A stretch of DNA of 45,345 nucleotides, taken from the NCBI GenBank assembly GCA_000934665.2, contig JYFJ02003182.1, positions 1 through 45,345 on the forward strand, written 5' to 3'. Both the position numbers and the translations under genes were made by a program. Every line of letters starts with the position of its first letter. The first letter of the stretch is position 1. Source of the stretch: Catajapyx aquilonaris. Lineage: Eukaryota. The notes below the pieces were generated by a model that worked only from the letters and a program-made list of their open reading frames with translations, searched no databases and had not been told where the DNA came from. Shown piece after piece: positions 22,540-35,460 of this stretch.

Positions 22540-22871
22540 CACGGTCTTGGAAGGAGAGGTCGGGAAACTCCCCGCCATCTTGCGTTCCGTTACTCAATCC
22601 CGCCGTGGCGCTGACTGGAGGTCGCCATGATGTGACCTGAATCGTGAACATCTCACATATTGCGGCCATCTTGGTATACGCTATCGGTAGTAATCGGGAG
22701 GGGGGTCGCTGATAAACCTAGTAATCGGGAGGAGGGTCGCTAGTTATGGCGAAGTGATGGCGAATGAACGACACGCACAGCGAAATTCCATTGTTTTTGC
22801 TAGCGCCGCTGCGGGAAGGAATAACGGATCGGCCTTTTCTATTGCGCCAGGATAGAAGTGTCCAGGGGCTG
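22540..22871 (-). mobile_element. 332-bp non-autonomous DNA element (hAT-like MITE), copy 2
   Basis: Flanked by an exact 8-bp TSD GTTCAGAG (22532-22539 and 22872-22879); same length as copy 1, opposite orientation. Both TSDs fit the nTnnnnAn target consensus of Ac/hobo-type hAT elements. Confidence 0.9.
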
Positions 22872-25800
22872 GTTCAGAGTACGAACTCTATCATTTTCAT
22901 AGGATTTAAAACCAATTATTGACTTCCCTTGCGTGAAATGACAGTGAGCATCCGGGTGTGAAGATTTGTGCGAAAATTGTTACGCCCGCAATGGGAGTGT
23001 GCCCGACTGGTGACAACTTTTTTAATTATTTCCAACCGATTCTGGTGCCATTCCCCAATTTCCACGTTCCCTCCAAAAGGCGTCTGATCAATAGCTCACC
23101 CTATGGGCGTTAATCGCCAAAAGCCTAGAGGCCCCCATATAAAAATGAGTCACCAATTGAATATAGTCCAAATGTTGCTGGAAAACTGCTATAATTTTTT
23201 TGTGTATGTGCAGACTGTACTACTTTTGTCCCATCCATCTATCAATCTTTCCATCCAGCCAAGTCTACTTTCCCCCCCATCTCTTTTTTTTCCCTTGGAT
23301 CCCTTCTTCTCCCTCAAGAAATGGATTCCTTCCTTTTCTTCTTTGGAAATTCCTTTGCCATTTCACGGTTCGAAGCGGCTGATTCACTATCAGATTACGT
23401 TCCAAATTTCCGGAAATCGAATGAAGCTGGCTTGAGCTGCACGAAATAAGGGACAAAGGCATGGTTTGGCTGATAGCTATCGTCAGTGGGGATAAAGCAG
23501 GACTTTTCGCTCTGCGAACTCCATGTGGAGACAGCAGTTGCTAAACCCGTCAAGATTTGTTCGTATCTACACGGCGAAAATTTCTTTTGAGCGGTGCAAA
23601 ATCAAACAACTGCTGGGATTGAAGCGATACCATTTTTTTTCTACTGTTAGCCTATATGTGATGTAGTCAGGCAGATACAATCCCAATTATGGGGGCAGTG
23701 GGTGTGAAAACTCCGCAACATAGGCTTAATTTCTGGTAGCAGAGTTTGGGCTACCCCAACTGTGTATACCAATTCTGGTCTGCTGACTGCGCAGTCCTAA
23801 TTCAATCGAATATCGATCCTACATCCTATTATGCTGCTGCCTGGCTGGCCCTACACGTGTGCTGTCAGCACACACGCACATTGCCAGATGTTGTGTATGT
23901 ACGTAGACCTGGTTCACAAAATAATTTACAACAACAGGGTCAATTCCGGCCTCGATTTTAGCATGGGAGTTATTTTTTGACTTTTGGCTTTATGGCAAAA
24001 TTGCATTTTAGGTACAGAGCGGATGTGCTGTTAATCATAATAGGTGATAATGGTTTGCTATTTATTGCCATCCATTATTCAGGCATTGGTCGATACAATG
24101 TTGACACAATGCAGTTGTGCGTTTACTCCATCATATTCTATCAGATGTAACACTGATTTCAAATGACATAACTCCCATGGCAACCATCACCCCTTAATTA
24201 CTCCAGTAAATCGCTTCTCCGAGCCTATAACCTGTACTCCAATCAAGCCCATAACCCAAGGCAGTTATAACAGCCCCCTGCGATGCACCATCTCGGCCGT
24301 AAGTGGCGAAAGACATGAGGCGGCAAACTGCAAATCCTCCAATTTAGTAGAGGCGTGAAAAATCTCAGCCAGGCTCCCAGTGAAGAGACAAAATATGAGC
24401 CCGAAGTGACAGAGATAGAAAGGCTGCGGCTGGCTGCCTCCCGCCTTTCCCCTTATTCCCAACCGTTCCCTTCAGGCAGCTCTTTTCTTCCCTTTTTCCC
24501 CCCCACCCATCCCCCCCTGGATGCTGCTCTCTCACCAAGAGTTTCTGCCCGCCGAAAGTTCCCTTTTCTGCTTGACTGGATCCGAATTGGGCTAACGAAG
24601 ATGTGAGGGCCCCTCTGGTGGGGAGGGAGCCAAGGAGGGAAGGCCTCCACCAGATTCGATTTTGGGGAGGAGGAAGGGTACCACAGGAATAAGAACAAAC
24701 ATGTCATGGGTTGCTAGTAACCGTCATTGAAGTTGATTAGTTCAATCAGCAAATTGTTACATGCATATGTGTTCGAATTATCTAGAGTTATTACTGCAGC
24801 GAAAAGCCCCCAAGCTCGGCAGTTATTTAATCACCAGCTCCCCTCGTCGCCCAGATTCTCTGCAGAAGCTGCCAAAGGTGTCCGAAATGGTTATTTCCAT
24901 CCCAGGGAAAGTTTTAGTTGATTACGCGAATGAAGTGTCTGGGAGAGGAGGCATTTCCCAGAGAGGAAAATCGATTCGGATAACGGAACAAAAGTGAATA
25001 TAGACCTCCTTTTCTTGCTGGAGATTTTTTTTTCAGGGTCTGACGTACACAAAAAAATGCTGCCAATGACACACGAATCTTGTCACTTGCCAATTTCCAC
25101 GTCAATCTCGGAAACCCCTCTGGGATTGGCTCCTGGTTTCCCAAGGCACGCACACCCTATTTTTTCCAACATTCGTTTTCTCTTTTTTGTCTTTCTTTTG
25201 GACACGTTCGCTCGTTGTTATATGGACCTCTATAGGAACTGCTCTGTTCAGCGCTCAATACGAAGGAAGATGGAGACAAAAATAACGATCGTTAAGTTAA
25301 GACTTTCGATTATTTTAATAAATTATGTGACGAATTTGTGGATTTAATCAGATATTAACACATGTCACGTTGCTTTATATAAACAGTAGTAAGTGTTTCT
25401 TGCTGAGAATACGTATTTGTCAAAATTGAATTAACCACTGTTAAACTGAATGCGTTGTTTAATGTTACAGGAGGTAATGGCTACACAGTATATTCAGTGT
25501 TGAAAAATGTTCATGACGGTCGAGTCAATTATCTGAAATCCGCAATTTGCAATTTATGCTTGTGCATGCTTGCTCTAAAACTATGCAGGAAATAATTGTA
25601 ACCTACTATTTCCCACCACACCACACTGCAGTCTATAATCTGAAGTAAAATGTTATAAGAGGATCTATTCGTAACTTTTAAGCTCTAGTGCAGCTTATAC
25701 TAGAGAGACGTAATCTCCTCATTATATCACCCAGAAAGACCTCCACATAGCTATTTTGAATAGTTACCATCCATGAAAAGAGATTGTAACCTTTGCGGCT

Positions 25801-28800
25801 ACAAAATCATACCGTTTAATGTTATATTTAAACTAAAGCGCACGTGCAGTATATGCTTATCAATATTTTGTGATAACCATTACGTTATTAATCGCAACAA
25901 AAATTTTAGCGGGTCTATTACACTAATATTACTATTCCAATACATAAATATCAGTCACGTGAACATGTGTCTGGTATAACTTAAAGTAATTACCAGTAAT
26001 TCACCATTTCATTTTACACCAACAATAAGCCATGAGGATTTATCTCTCCTATAATTACTCAGAAAATGAGCTGTCAATCTTTTGGGCGTCGGCCACGTCG
26101 CTGAAACACACTGCAGAAGCGTCGATTAAATGACGACGCCATTCACGTGAAAGGATTCAGGTTGTGCTACTCAGAAACGGGCGTTTACTGGCCCCTTTCA
26201 TCACACCCAACAGAGACGTGTTTCTTGAAAAGAACATGATGAACAATACTAGGCGTCGTTGATCTAACTTATTGCACTCTATGCTACTTCTCCCCAATCT
26301 ACTGCACCCTTTGTGCAATCTCATCTCTACAGTGTATGCCAGCAGCAATTCCGTTACCTCCTGACAATAGGCCCTCTATCCTGCCCTATAGACAACCCCC
26401 CCGTCACGCTGAATATTTCTCTCCTCCTACTCTCTCTGTGCAGTGCTGTGCTATACGCCTGTCTGGCTTGCTGGTTACGGCACCTGAACCACCTCCGTAA
26501 TGACTAATGACTAACACTATTATCGAATTCTGGGATACGGCTTCCAAACACCTGCTCGGAATCTTGATGATTCAACTCCCCCAACTCATTTCCACGCAAC
26601 AAATGAAATTCTCTCACCCACCCCTCTTCCGCTTTTGTCTCTTGCATATCTTCCCCCAAAGTTCGGTGGGCTCTGCTTTCTCCAAATATTTCCGACTTCC
26701 CGTTTCCTGGGCGGCAACTTTCCTGATTTCAACTTGGAGACGACTACACTTCTTTTTTTTTCTGGGAGTGGAGGGGTAGAAGGGGAGGGTTACTAAATAG
26801 TTATTTCCGTCAAAAGAAGGGAGGGGGAGTTGGTTGTGCGTGATCACGCGATAGTTGACTAGGAAGGTATAGGGGAAATGAACTGAAGAGCTGCGTAATG
26901 AGAGTGGGTGCATGTATAGGGAATAATGTCTGCAAATGAAACACCCCGATTTAGTACAGTACTGGTCTGATGAAATAGTATAGGGAGAAGACTGGCATAT
27001 ATTCACCGTAAAGCGTGTAATGCTGGAAATTCACATACAATGGCAGTGATAACCCTGTACGAAATGGAGTTAACGCGCTTGGATACTGCTAAAACTGAAA
27101 AAAAAAATCTGCAGGAAATGCGAGGGAAAAATCACTCCCCATTCCTCCGGGTTATTCCGTGGAAAAATCCTCACCTCTGACATATTCGACATGCTGGAAA
27201 CCGATTCCCCTCGCGCTCCACCCATGAAAAAAGAACCGGATTCGCCATCGCCAAATTCATATTCATATTTCATTTTGGGTCTGGAGAAACGCATTCCGGG
27301 TTCTCCCCCCCCTCCCCTTTTCCTCCCTCCAGCCCCCCCATCCATTCCACCATTCCCAAGTGCCTTATTCCATCGTGCACCTTCTGGTTTTCCCTCGCCT
27401 GTTCACGCTTGGCTGCTGCTTTTCATCTGGGTCAACGGCATCTCATCTGCCGTACTACCAATGGGGGTTCCAGAGCCCCCCCCCCTCCCCCAGTCCCCAC
27501 CTTAAGGGGCGGAAAATAATAAGAATGCCTGCTCCAGCAAGGCGTACATTGAATTAGGGGTGCTTCCATTTTCTGCAAATTCGGGGCGGCGGTCTGGAAG
27601 TCCTCTGGAGTCCTACAAGTGGATGGGTTGGTTTGGTTGGGTTGTAGAAGCTTCTTGAGTTGTGAGAAGACATGGAGATTGGTGGTCAGTACGAGAAAAA
27701 TTATGAATATAAACGACCGGTATGGTCACAATGCATAGGGAAGAACGGTTGAATAAATGTGAATGGAGCTTTACACATGTATGGTAATCTCTCTGGCAAT
27801 TCATATATGATTTCAAAAGGAGATAAGCGGGTGGAATAAAAATCTGGTATTATTACAGCTTGATTGCTGGTTGCAGACTTAATCCTATTATCCCACAATA
27901 ACCCTGGCACACCTTTTCCCTTCGACCACGGTTAAAAAATCAATGTATTTGGGTGGACTGCGTACCATCTGCTACTTTTAACAACCCAAAGTGCTTGCCG
28001 GACCATTATACTGGCGAATCCGAGCCCAAGCGACACTCGGCTCTTTCCAAAATCGCAATTTACTCGCACCCGGAATAGCCCAGATTTTCCACTGGTGACT
28101 CTGATCCTCTTTTCCGGCAGAGTTTCAACGACCTCCGCATCGCTTGCCCACGGCCACTTCGGATTAGGCCCTATAGGTACGCTATATCTATAAAAAAAAG
28201 AGTAAAAAAACAAACCAAATGAGGTCTAATGCGCAGCAATTTTGCACTCTGTTAGACTTATTAACCACTTAAGCAAGCTTTTACAAATTAAGCCATTTTC
28301 CGATTAGGAAATTTTGCGGTCTTCGCACAAACTGACGCATGCGCAGAACACAAATTCATCAGCTTAACGCTCTGCTCCAATCAGGAAAGTTCAATCAGCA
28401 AAATGGACTCTTGGAACTCCTCACGTGCCAAGCTCCTGTAAGCTGAGTCTCAGCTTGAGGTAAAGACAATTTCATTTCCACGAAAAAGCATTCTTTCCCT
28501 ATATAAGCCCTCGGCAAATACGAAATGTGCCCTTGAGAGTGGGTGTGGGAGGTGAACTCACTCTCGAGATAAATTCAAGAAAAGCTGCGGAGGTGCTTCA
28601 GCAGGCAATATGGTTAATATCCTGAAAAATCACAACCGCTTCTAAATCCATCAGGTACAGCCTCAGGTTTTACAGGGCATCACGCAAAATGTAAGTCGTG
28701 ATGCAGTGAAACAATGGACGCGATGATGATTTACACTGCACACGTTCACAACTTTCCTGGATAAAAGAAGCCGCCGCCTCACACTTTGGCCCTTATACAA

Positions 28801-31800
28801 GTTAGAAATTCGAATCCAACCCTTGAGTGTCCTATTCCTGACAAAAAGTGCTCTTGATGTGCTGCGAAGCCCCGAAGCCATACCACCACACCTTTTTCCA
28901 CCAAACTTTAAATTGGAAGCTCTAAACCTCAATCTGTTCCGAACTTTCTTTTTTTTTACTCTTCTCTTCTTCCTTTTCTTCGTCTCTCTCGCACCTACAA
29001 CTTTCCTTCCTTTTCTGTTTCCATCCATCAAAATTACCCGCGCGAGAGTTAAAACTATTTCCAGAGGCCGGACGCTTGAGAAAGAAATGGCTGTGGGGGT
29101 TTGGTCGTTAGTGGGCTCTCTGAGGATGAGTTGTTGAAGCCAAGGAAATGGAGTTGGAAAGCCCGGATTTCGCATGTCTCACCTCTCTCTGACTGATTGC
29201 TGCTCAGAATCCTCTAAGAGCCTTTTTTTCTCTCCCTTCACTGCCTCTCTCTTATAGAAATCACCTGAATCATTCTAGATACGATTGACCTGATCAGACC
29301 AACGGGGCTCAAAGAATATGGTTTGTGTCACTATAGTATGCTATGATAAGTTGGTGGAAAAATTATTCTATAGTCCTATAGAGGCAAAACAACAATACGT
29401 GAAGATTCGCCCAACGAATTTTATTCCAAGTGTTTTTCTACTGGCCCTCGACTAGATTGATTTTTATGAACTCAGCAGCTGCTAGAAGAATAATAAGAGA
29501 GAGAAAAACGCTGTCCTTCCAGATATATGCAGGTCTCGACAGCAGGAAAAGGTTTGGTTCGAAGGAGGGCAACAGGTCTCGTCGTCTATTCGTGGGCTTG
29601 GTCTGGTCTTTTGTCGCGAAGGCAACGAGTGCGGAGCCCGGAAAAAGGAGAGAGACAGGGGGGGGGGGNGGAAAATCCGGAGCCAGCAGGATGGGAATCG
29701 GAGGCCAAATCCATTCTGACTTGATTTCAGGTGAGCGAAGGCAAAGAAAAGGCTCCCCCAAACCCATCAGCCAGCAGACGACGGTTGTGGTTCTGCCTTG
29801 CCCAGGAATAAGCCCATTGTTATATGCACGTTGACGTCAGTGTCGTATTCCTTGTCATATAGAAAAATACATTCAAATATACAGCTAAGGTCATAACCCC
29901 GATATGCCTGAATTTGGTTTTATTTAAAACAATTATTAAAACAACAATATTTTTCCAATTTCTTCAGATATGTGAACCGAATATACAGAATAACCAATGT
30001 GATATATGGACGGACATGGTGGATGAGAATTCTGTGCGAGTGTCTTGGCCACATGTAGTGTATATCCGCAGTGACAATGGAAGGCAGCGGAGACGTGATC
30101 TGAAAATGGAATCAGAGGACGAAAGAAGGAAGGAAGGAATAGGGTTGGCTGCCTGTCTGCTGGGAAGGACAGCCACAATGGAAGAAGGAAGGGCGTTTCT
30201 GCAGGGGGAAAATAATTCGATTAAGTCCGTGGGGGGTCCTGAAGGCGAATCGTGAAGAAGAAAAGCGTCTTGGGTGGAAAGGAAAGGAAAGCTCACCCCC
30301 GCCCCGCTGAGACGACGGCCATGAAAAAGGCTAAGATGGCGTAGAACCGCCATTTCGACCTCCTGGGCTGACCCTAGGCGGGTAATGACGTCGGATGAGG
30401 ATTCAGGCCTCTGCACGTTTTTCCAACTACCCAGAGATCCCCGTATCAGGAAATGGAAAGTATTGGAAATCCATTCAAGAAAACTCGGCTCTCACTTTGG
30501 GTTTCAAATCCCACTAATGGTCACCAGAACTCAGGTTCGCAGATAACAAGCTCAGCCAGCTTACGTCGCAGGTAAATTGGATTTACAACAATATTTTACG
30601 CCCTGTCTGAATTATAAATCACTGGAATATTTCCTGCCAGAAATTGATGATTATAGAGGATATGCTGAATCTAGGAAAAAAAATCTAACGTATCAGAGAG
30701 GGGGAAATGTGCTCACTTGATCAGTCAAGCTGAACGTGCATTTTGGCACAAAATCTGAATGGACTTGGCCTTCCCCTGAATGTAGGACGGGCGCACATTC
30801 GCCGCCACATAATCACAAGGCAAGAGTCGGGGCGAAGAGCGGGCAGAACTGTGGGCGGGGCACTCAATCCGCTCGCCCACCACCGCTGCATCCACACCCA
30901 CACCAACCTAAGGACTACTCTAGATATATTTTTTATACACACCAACACGCAATAGCACGTGCATCACTTCACTTATGGGTATCAATGACCTTGCACACTA
31001 CATGGAACTACATATCAAAATTGTTCTATTACTATCCAGGTTACATTGGTGACAATTTTTTTCATTGTGACATATGCTGTTCATATTGCTCACTCACGTC
31101 CAGTAAAATACATATCATCATCTCTCCGCCCAGATCTTATTCGTCTACAGTTAACTCCAATTTCAGGCTCACGTGTTGTTACCTGACACATGTACTTTGA
31201 CACAGCCGCCCCCGCCTTTTTTGGAGGCGTAAGTAACATATGCGGAGTCTGAAACAAGGCCCGGCCGAGCTGGCGAGGATGACTGGCGTGTCGGATTAAA
31301 ATGCGAGCAAACGTTCTGCGTGCACCATGCTAGGCCAGATTTCACCTTCAAATTACACCCACCGTTTCTTTTCCATCACAGAGCGCGACCCATTTCTCTT
31401 TAATAAAACCGGCAGGAACCCAGTAATCAGGTCTAACCTCTTCCATCAACAGAGAGAGAGAGAAAAAAAGATCGGGACTAGGATCACTACCAATTTGTGT
31501 TTGCGCAATTTTGGCTACTGAAATTCTGGTGTACTATGATGGGAGTGCAGTTTGGATTCATTGTGGCTGCTGTCGCACCGCCCCAAAAAATTCTATCCTG
31601 GGGTGTAGGCAGCCAACATGACAAACACTTTCCCTTTGGTGCAAGTTGCGTAGTTGCCAGGATAATAGAGCTAGAGAATTTCCCTCCATGCCATCCACGA
31701 TGCATTTGTGTAATGCAAGTGATTACACATTCCCCTCAGCCTGCTCTATAATAAAGTGGAAGGTTTATCGGATCATCGTTGTTTCTTTTGACCGCTGTAA

Positions 31801-32690
31801 TTTATGATGGAAGTGGATGATAAGGAACTCGTGAAAAAATCCAGCCCTTTCTAAAATATGACCGTTGTAACTAATATTAAGATGTAATTATCACTTCCTA
31901 ATCAGGGTGTCTTAATATTATAACAGATAATACTGTAATCTATTAATCACTGCCTTAGTTTGTATTATTATTCCAGAATGCATCCAATTGTGTCAATATG
32001 TTATGTAATCAGGTTTAGGTGTAGACCTACTATCATGCTGGCGATATTTTGCAACTTTATGTTTTATGTGTGATCATTAGCTTGTAAGTGTGGTAATTTA
32101 TTGCCATTTTAACGTACAATAGAAGAATGTTTCAACGTGTTTACATACCGTCTTTACACTCGTCCTTTTCGAATCATTGTAATTAAAATGTTGGGAATTG
32201 TTCATTATCCGTGTCAGTTACAACCACACTATTAATTTTACACTTTCCTCCGACATCAAGTACAGCCAGGCCGCGACTTTGTGCAATTAAATATTTCAAA
32301 ACGCACTGTAACACTATATAATTACAGCGCAATTACATCAATAATTCTACACAACACCCCACCCCTACACAACTCCTACACGCAAAGACAAGTGTCACCC
32401 TGATTTCCAGCCAAGCTCAACATCCGCCAACCCACAACTTCCGCTCACTCTAACCTGCTCATATCCTTTCACATTATACACTCACGCATTTTTAAATTTT
32501 TAATTCTATAAATTATTAAAAGGCTACTATGTGGGTGGGCGTCCATATGATTTTGGTCATGATGATGATCATGATCAACAACAGCACACGAGGGTGGCGG
32601 CGGCAAGCAAGCAAGCAGATAGGGTTGTGGAAAAGGTGGAATTCCAGACCGCGATATAGAGGAAGACATGCTACCTTGTCGCCGAGGGGT

Positions 32691-32708
32691 CCCTTTGATC
32701 AAGCCGCC
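32691..32708. promoter_or_regulatory. TCF/Pangolin HMG site + Helper site pair
   Basis: CCCTTTGATC-AA-GCCGCC: consensus HMG site directly followed by the Helper core. Confidence 0.6.
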
Positions 32709-35125
32709 TCGAATTCGCCACTCGCACGGCTTCTCTTTGTGCAAAGGGAGGGGGGTGGCCCCTACTGTTTTTAGAGCTTTCAGCCCGTATTATCCGGCGT
32801 CACGCGATGCCACCAAGAACGGCAGGATTCGCGGGGTTAAGGCTTGCTTGGGTGCACAGCTTTACGCACCCCGCCTAGCTCTATACGCTATTCCTAGTTC
32901 ACGATATTTAGAATGATGATGGTGGTGGTCAAGTCACTTATTCATGTCTGATGTCTTTTCTTCCATGGGCGGTGGCCCAAGATGGTTTAAAAGATTTACA
33001 GGGTTTCATATTGACCCATTCAGGGCATACGGTGGCGAGCTTGAATTGCGTATGCAAAGGGTCATTACTTACCCTGGAGAGTGAAATAATGCTGTTATCT
33101 TCTCGGAGATTTTAGCTGCAAGAGGGACGGAGGTTTCATTTTCTCACCTGAAAATGCGAGCTAAGTTGTGTGTTCTCACTCACAATGTATACTGTAGTGC
33201 GTGTTTTGTAAAGGCCTACAAAACTCGTTGTTCTTGGGAAAAACCTGAGCCAACATGATGGTCAAGGTGAATATTATAAGATAGATAGTTTCCCAGACTC
33301 TTTGATAATCTAACTGGCGTATGATTTTAAAATGGTCTCTAGTGAAACTATTATTATGATGCAACATAATGCAGAACCTTATGATATATAATACGCTGAA
33401 GTGTATGATCGAGTATTTAATTACACGAATGGAAGTCACACGTAGCAGAATAATGGTATTGCTCCCTCTAAATCCTCCCTAAAATAACCGTTCCCCTGGT
33501 CGAAAAAAAATGCTGGGCCAGGGGGTTTGGGGGTGCAGAGTAATCATGAGAGTTGTGCTGAGCGAGTGCTCGGCATTTTTCGCTCAGCTGCGGACTTGTG
33601 ATGGTTTACCACAACTCACCTTTTCAAATGCAGCCTTGCTGTGTTTTAATGGCCGTCCCTTTTTCAGCCAGTTTCATTAATTTTATGTAACTATATGCTT
33701 ACAGATCAACTTGATCCAAACGTTGCTAATTCTCTTTCTCTTGCGCTGGAGTTCACCACATCAGTGGGCACATACCTTCCAACAATATATCGTCAGTAAT
33801 CTTCTTAGCGTCGGCACTCGGTGAAATAATTCCTGTCGCGGTTTTAATGGCTCTGTTTCAATTTGCTCCTCTCATGGAAACGGCAGCACACTATTTATTG
33901 AAATACTAATAACTACGTACTGCTCGTGATGGACAATTTGGACGCTAATTTGACATTTATAAAACGCAAAAATCCGATTTGCGACTAAGACCACGCCCGT
34001 TAATGTCAATCATTTTCATGCCTTTTTTTTAAAAAAAAAATGCGTCATTGTCGAATATAATCATTGTATCGCTGGTTGGCATTGATGGCAAAAGCCGTGA
34101 CTTTGCACTTGGGTATTCTAGTACCTAATTAGGGTGAAAAATTCCCCGGGGCGATGGGAATAGGTGGCTTATTAGGCACATTCATCCCACAACAGGAGCG
34201 CTGGAGGGGCACAAACCCATCCAGATTACAATCTATTCGCGGGAAGGAGCGGCATAAATCCAATTTGGACCCCCAGGAAATGAATAATTAATATGGAGCA
34301 GAAGTTTGAATATAGATGGAGTTCTAATTCGCATTCCTCTTCACTGATTTTTCCACAACTTCTGGAGAGTAACTTGGCGTGACGGTCTGCCAACTTATGA
34401 ACTTCAACGTACAAAATTATGGTTACCCATACATCATGGCTGCGTAATTACGTTTCCGGTTGGGGTTTTTTTCAGGGAGGGAGAATTTTGTAAATGGTGG
34501 TGTGTCAGGGTGCGTGACAAGTCCGTGTGTGTGTGTGTGGTTGTTTTTTTTTCAATTTCGAGTAGTGTAAAAATACTCGCGTGACAAAATAGATTCCAAA
34601 ATGTGTGCTGTGGTCAGTTTCTGAATTTCGCGAAACTATTGTTGTTACTGACCTTTTTTGACGTTTTTATGGTTAACCGCACACATGCATTAGCGTGTGA
34701 TTACTTGAAGGAAGTTCTGCAATAGTCATATAAATCCAGATTCCAAAGTAGGTATTTATTTTAAAGCACGAAACAAGCATGCTTTTCCCAAAATGCACAA
34801 CCGACATTTTTTTAGTAATATTTAAGAAACCACAGGCCTACTTACCATACGACTTTGCATGCTGTCTTATCTACATTTGATTCACGCAAACGATGTTACT
34901 TCTCACTTCATTGATTCAATACTGCATTATGTTACCTCATTACTTCAGACGAGCCATGTGCTAAACTGCTGTTACAGTTAGAGTAAGTTTCTGAACCACC
35001 CAAACTTCTAAATTGCACTTGACCTATTTCATCCGAAAATCGAAATCCACACTACCAAAACTTACATACTGACACATGCACCAATCACATAATGAGAAAA
35101 AAAGACAAAAATATATGAATCTTAC

Positions 35126-35460
35126 ATTTCCGTCGAGCTTCGAGTATTTTCGAAGCTTGAAGCGCCTTCCCAGAACGGAAAGAATCTTGATAGCTATGGT
35201 GACCTCGGGTGAAACTAGATGACCTCGTGTCAGGCTCGCGTGGCTCGTTGGCTGGGCGGGAGACAGCGTCTGCAGGGCGTCCGTCGGCGTCGACCTGCCG
35301 TCGCTATCTGAGCTCGTGACGGTGGGGGACGCTCCGGATTACGGGAAGAGGGGGAATGGGAGGGAGGGAAGGGATAGAGGAAGGGGAGAGGCGTCGGGAC
35401 GCAGACGGCGCCGCGCCTGTCAAGAGAGCGCCGGGTATTACACGGAGGCAGGTGCTGGAG
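35126..35460 (-). promoter_or_regulatory. candidate distal promoter and short non-coding first exon
   Basis: CpG-dense, GC-rich patch with a polypurine/polypyrimidine tract (35341-35390), an Inr-like CTAGTT near 35213-35218 and a donor AT|GTAAGA at 35125 on the minus strand. Linkage to nkd is not demonstrable from sequence. Confidence 0.3.

Noticed and set aside
983..22871. nkd captured inside a single composite transposon insertion
   Set aside because: Each MITE copy has its own matched TSD and the outer flanks differ (GTTACAAG vs GTTCAGAG), so these are two separate insertions.
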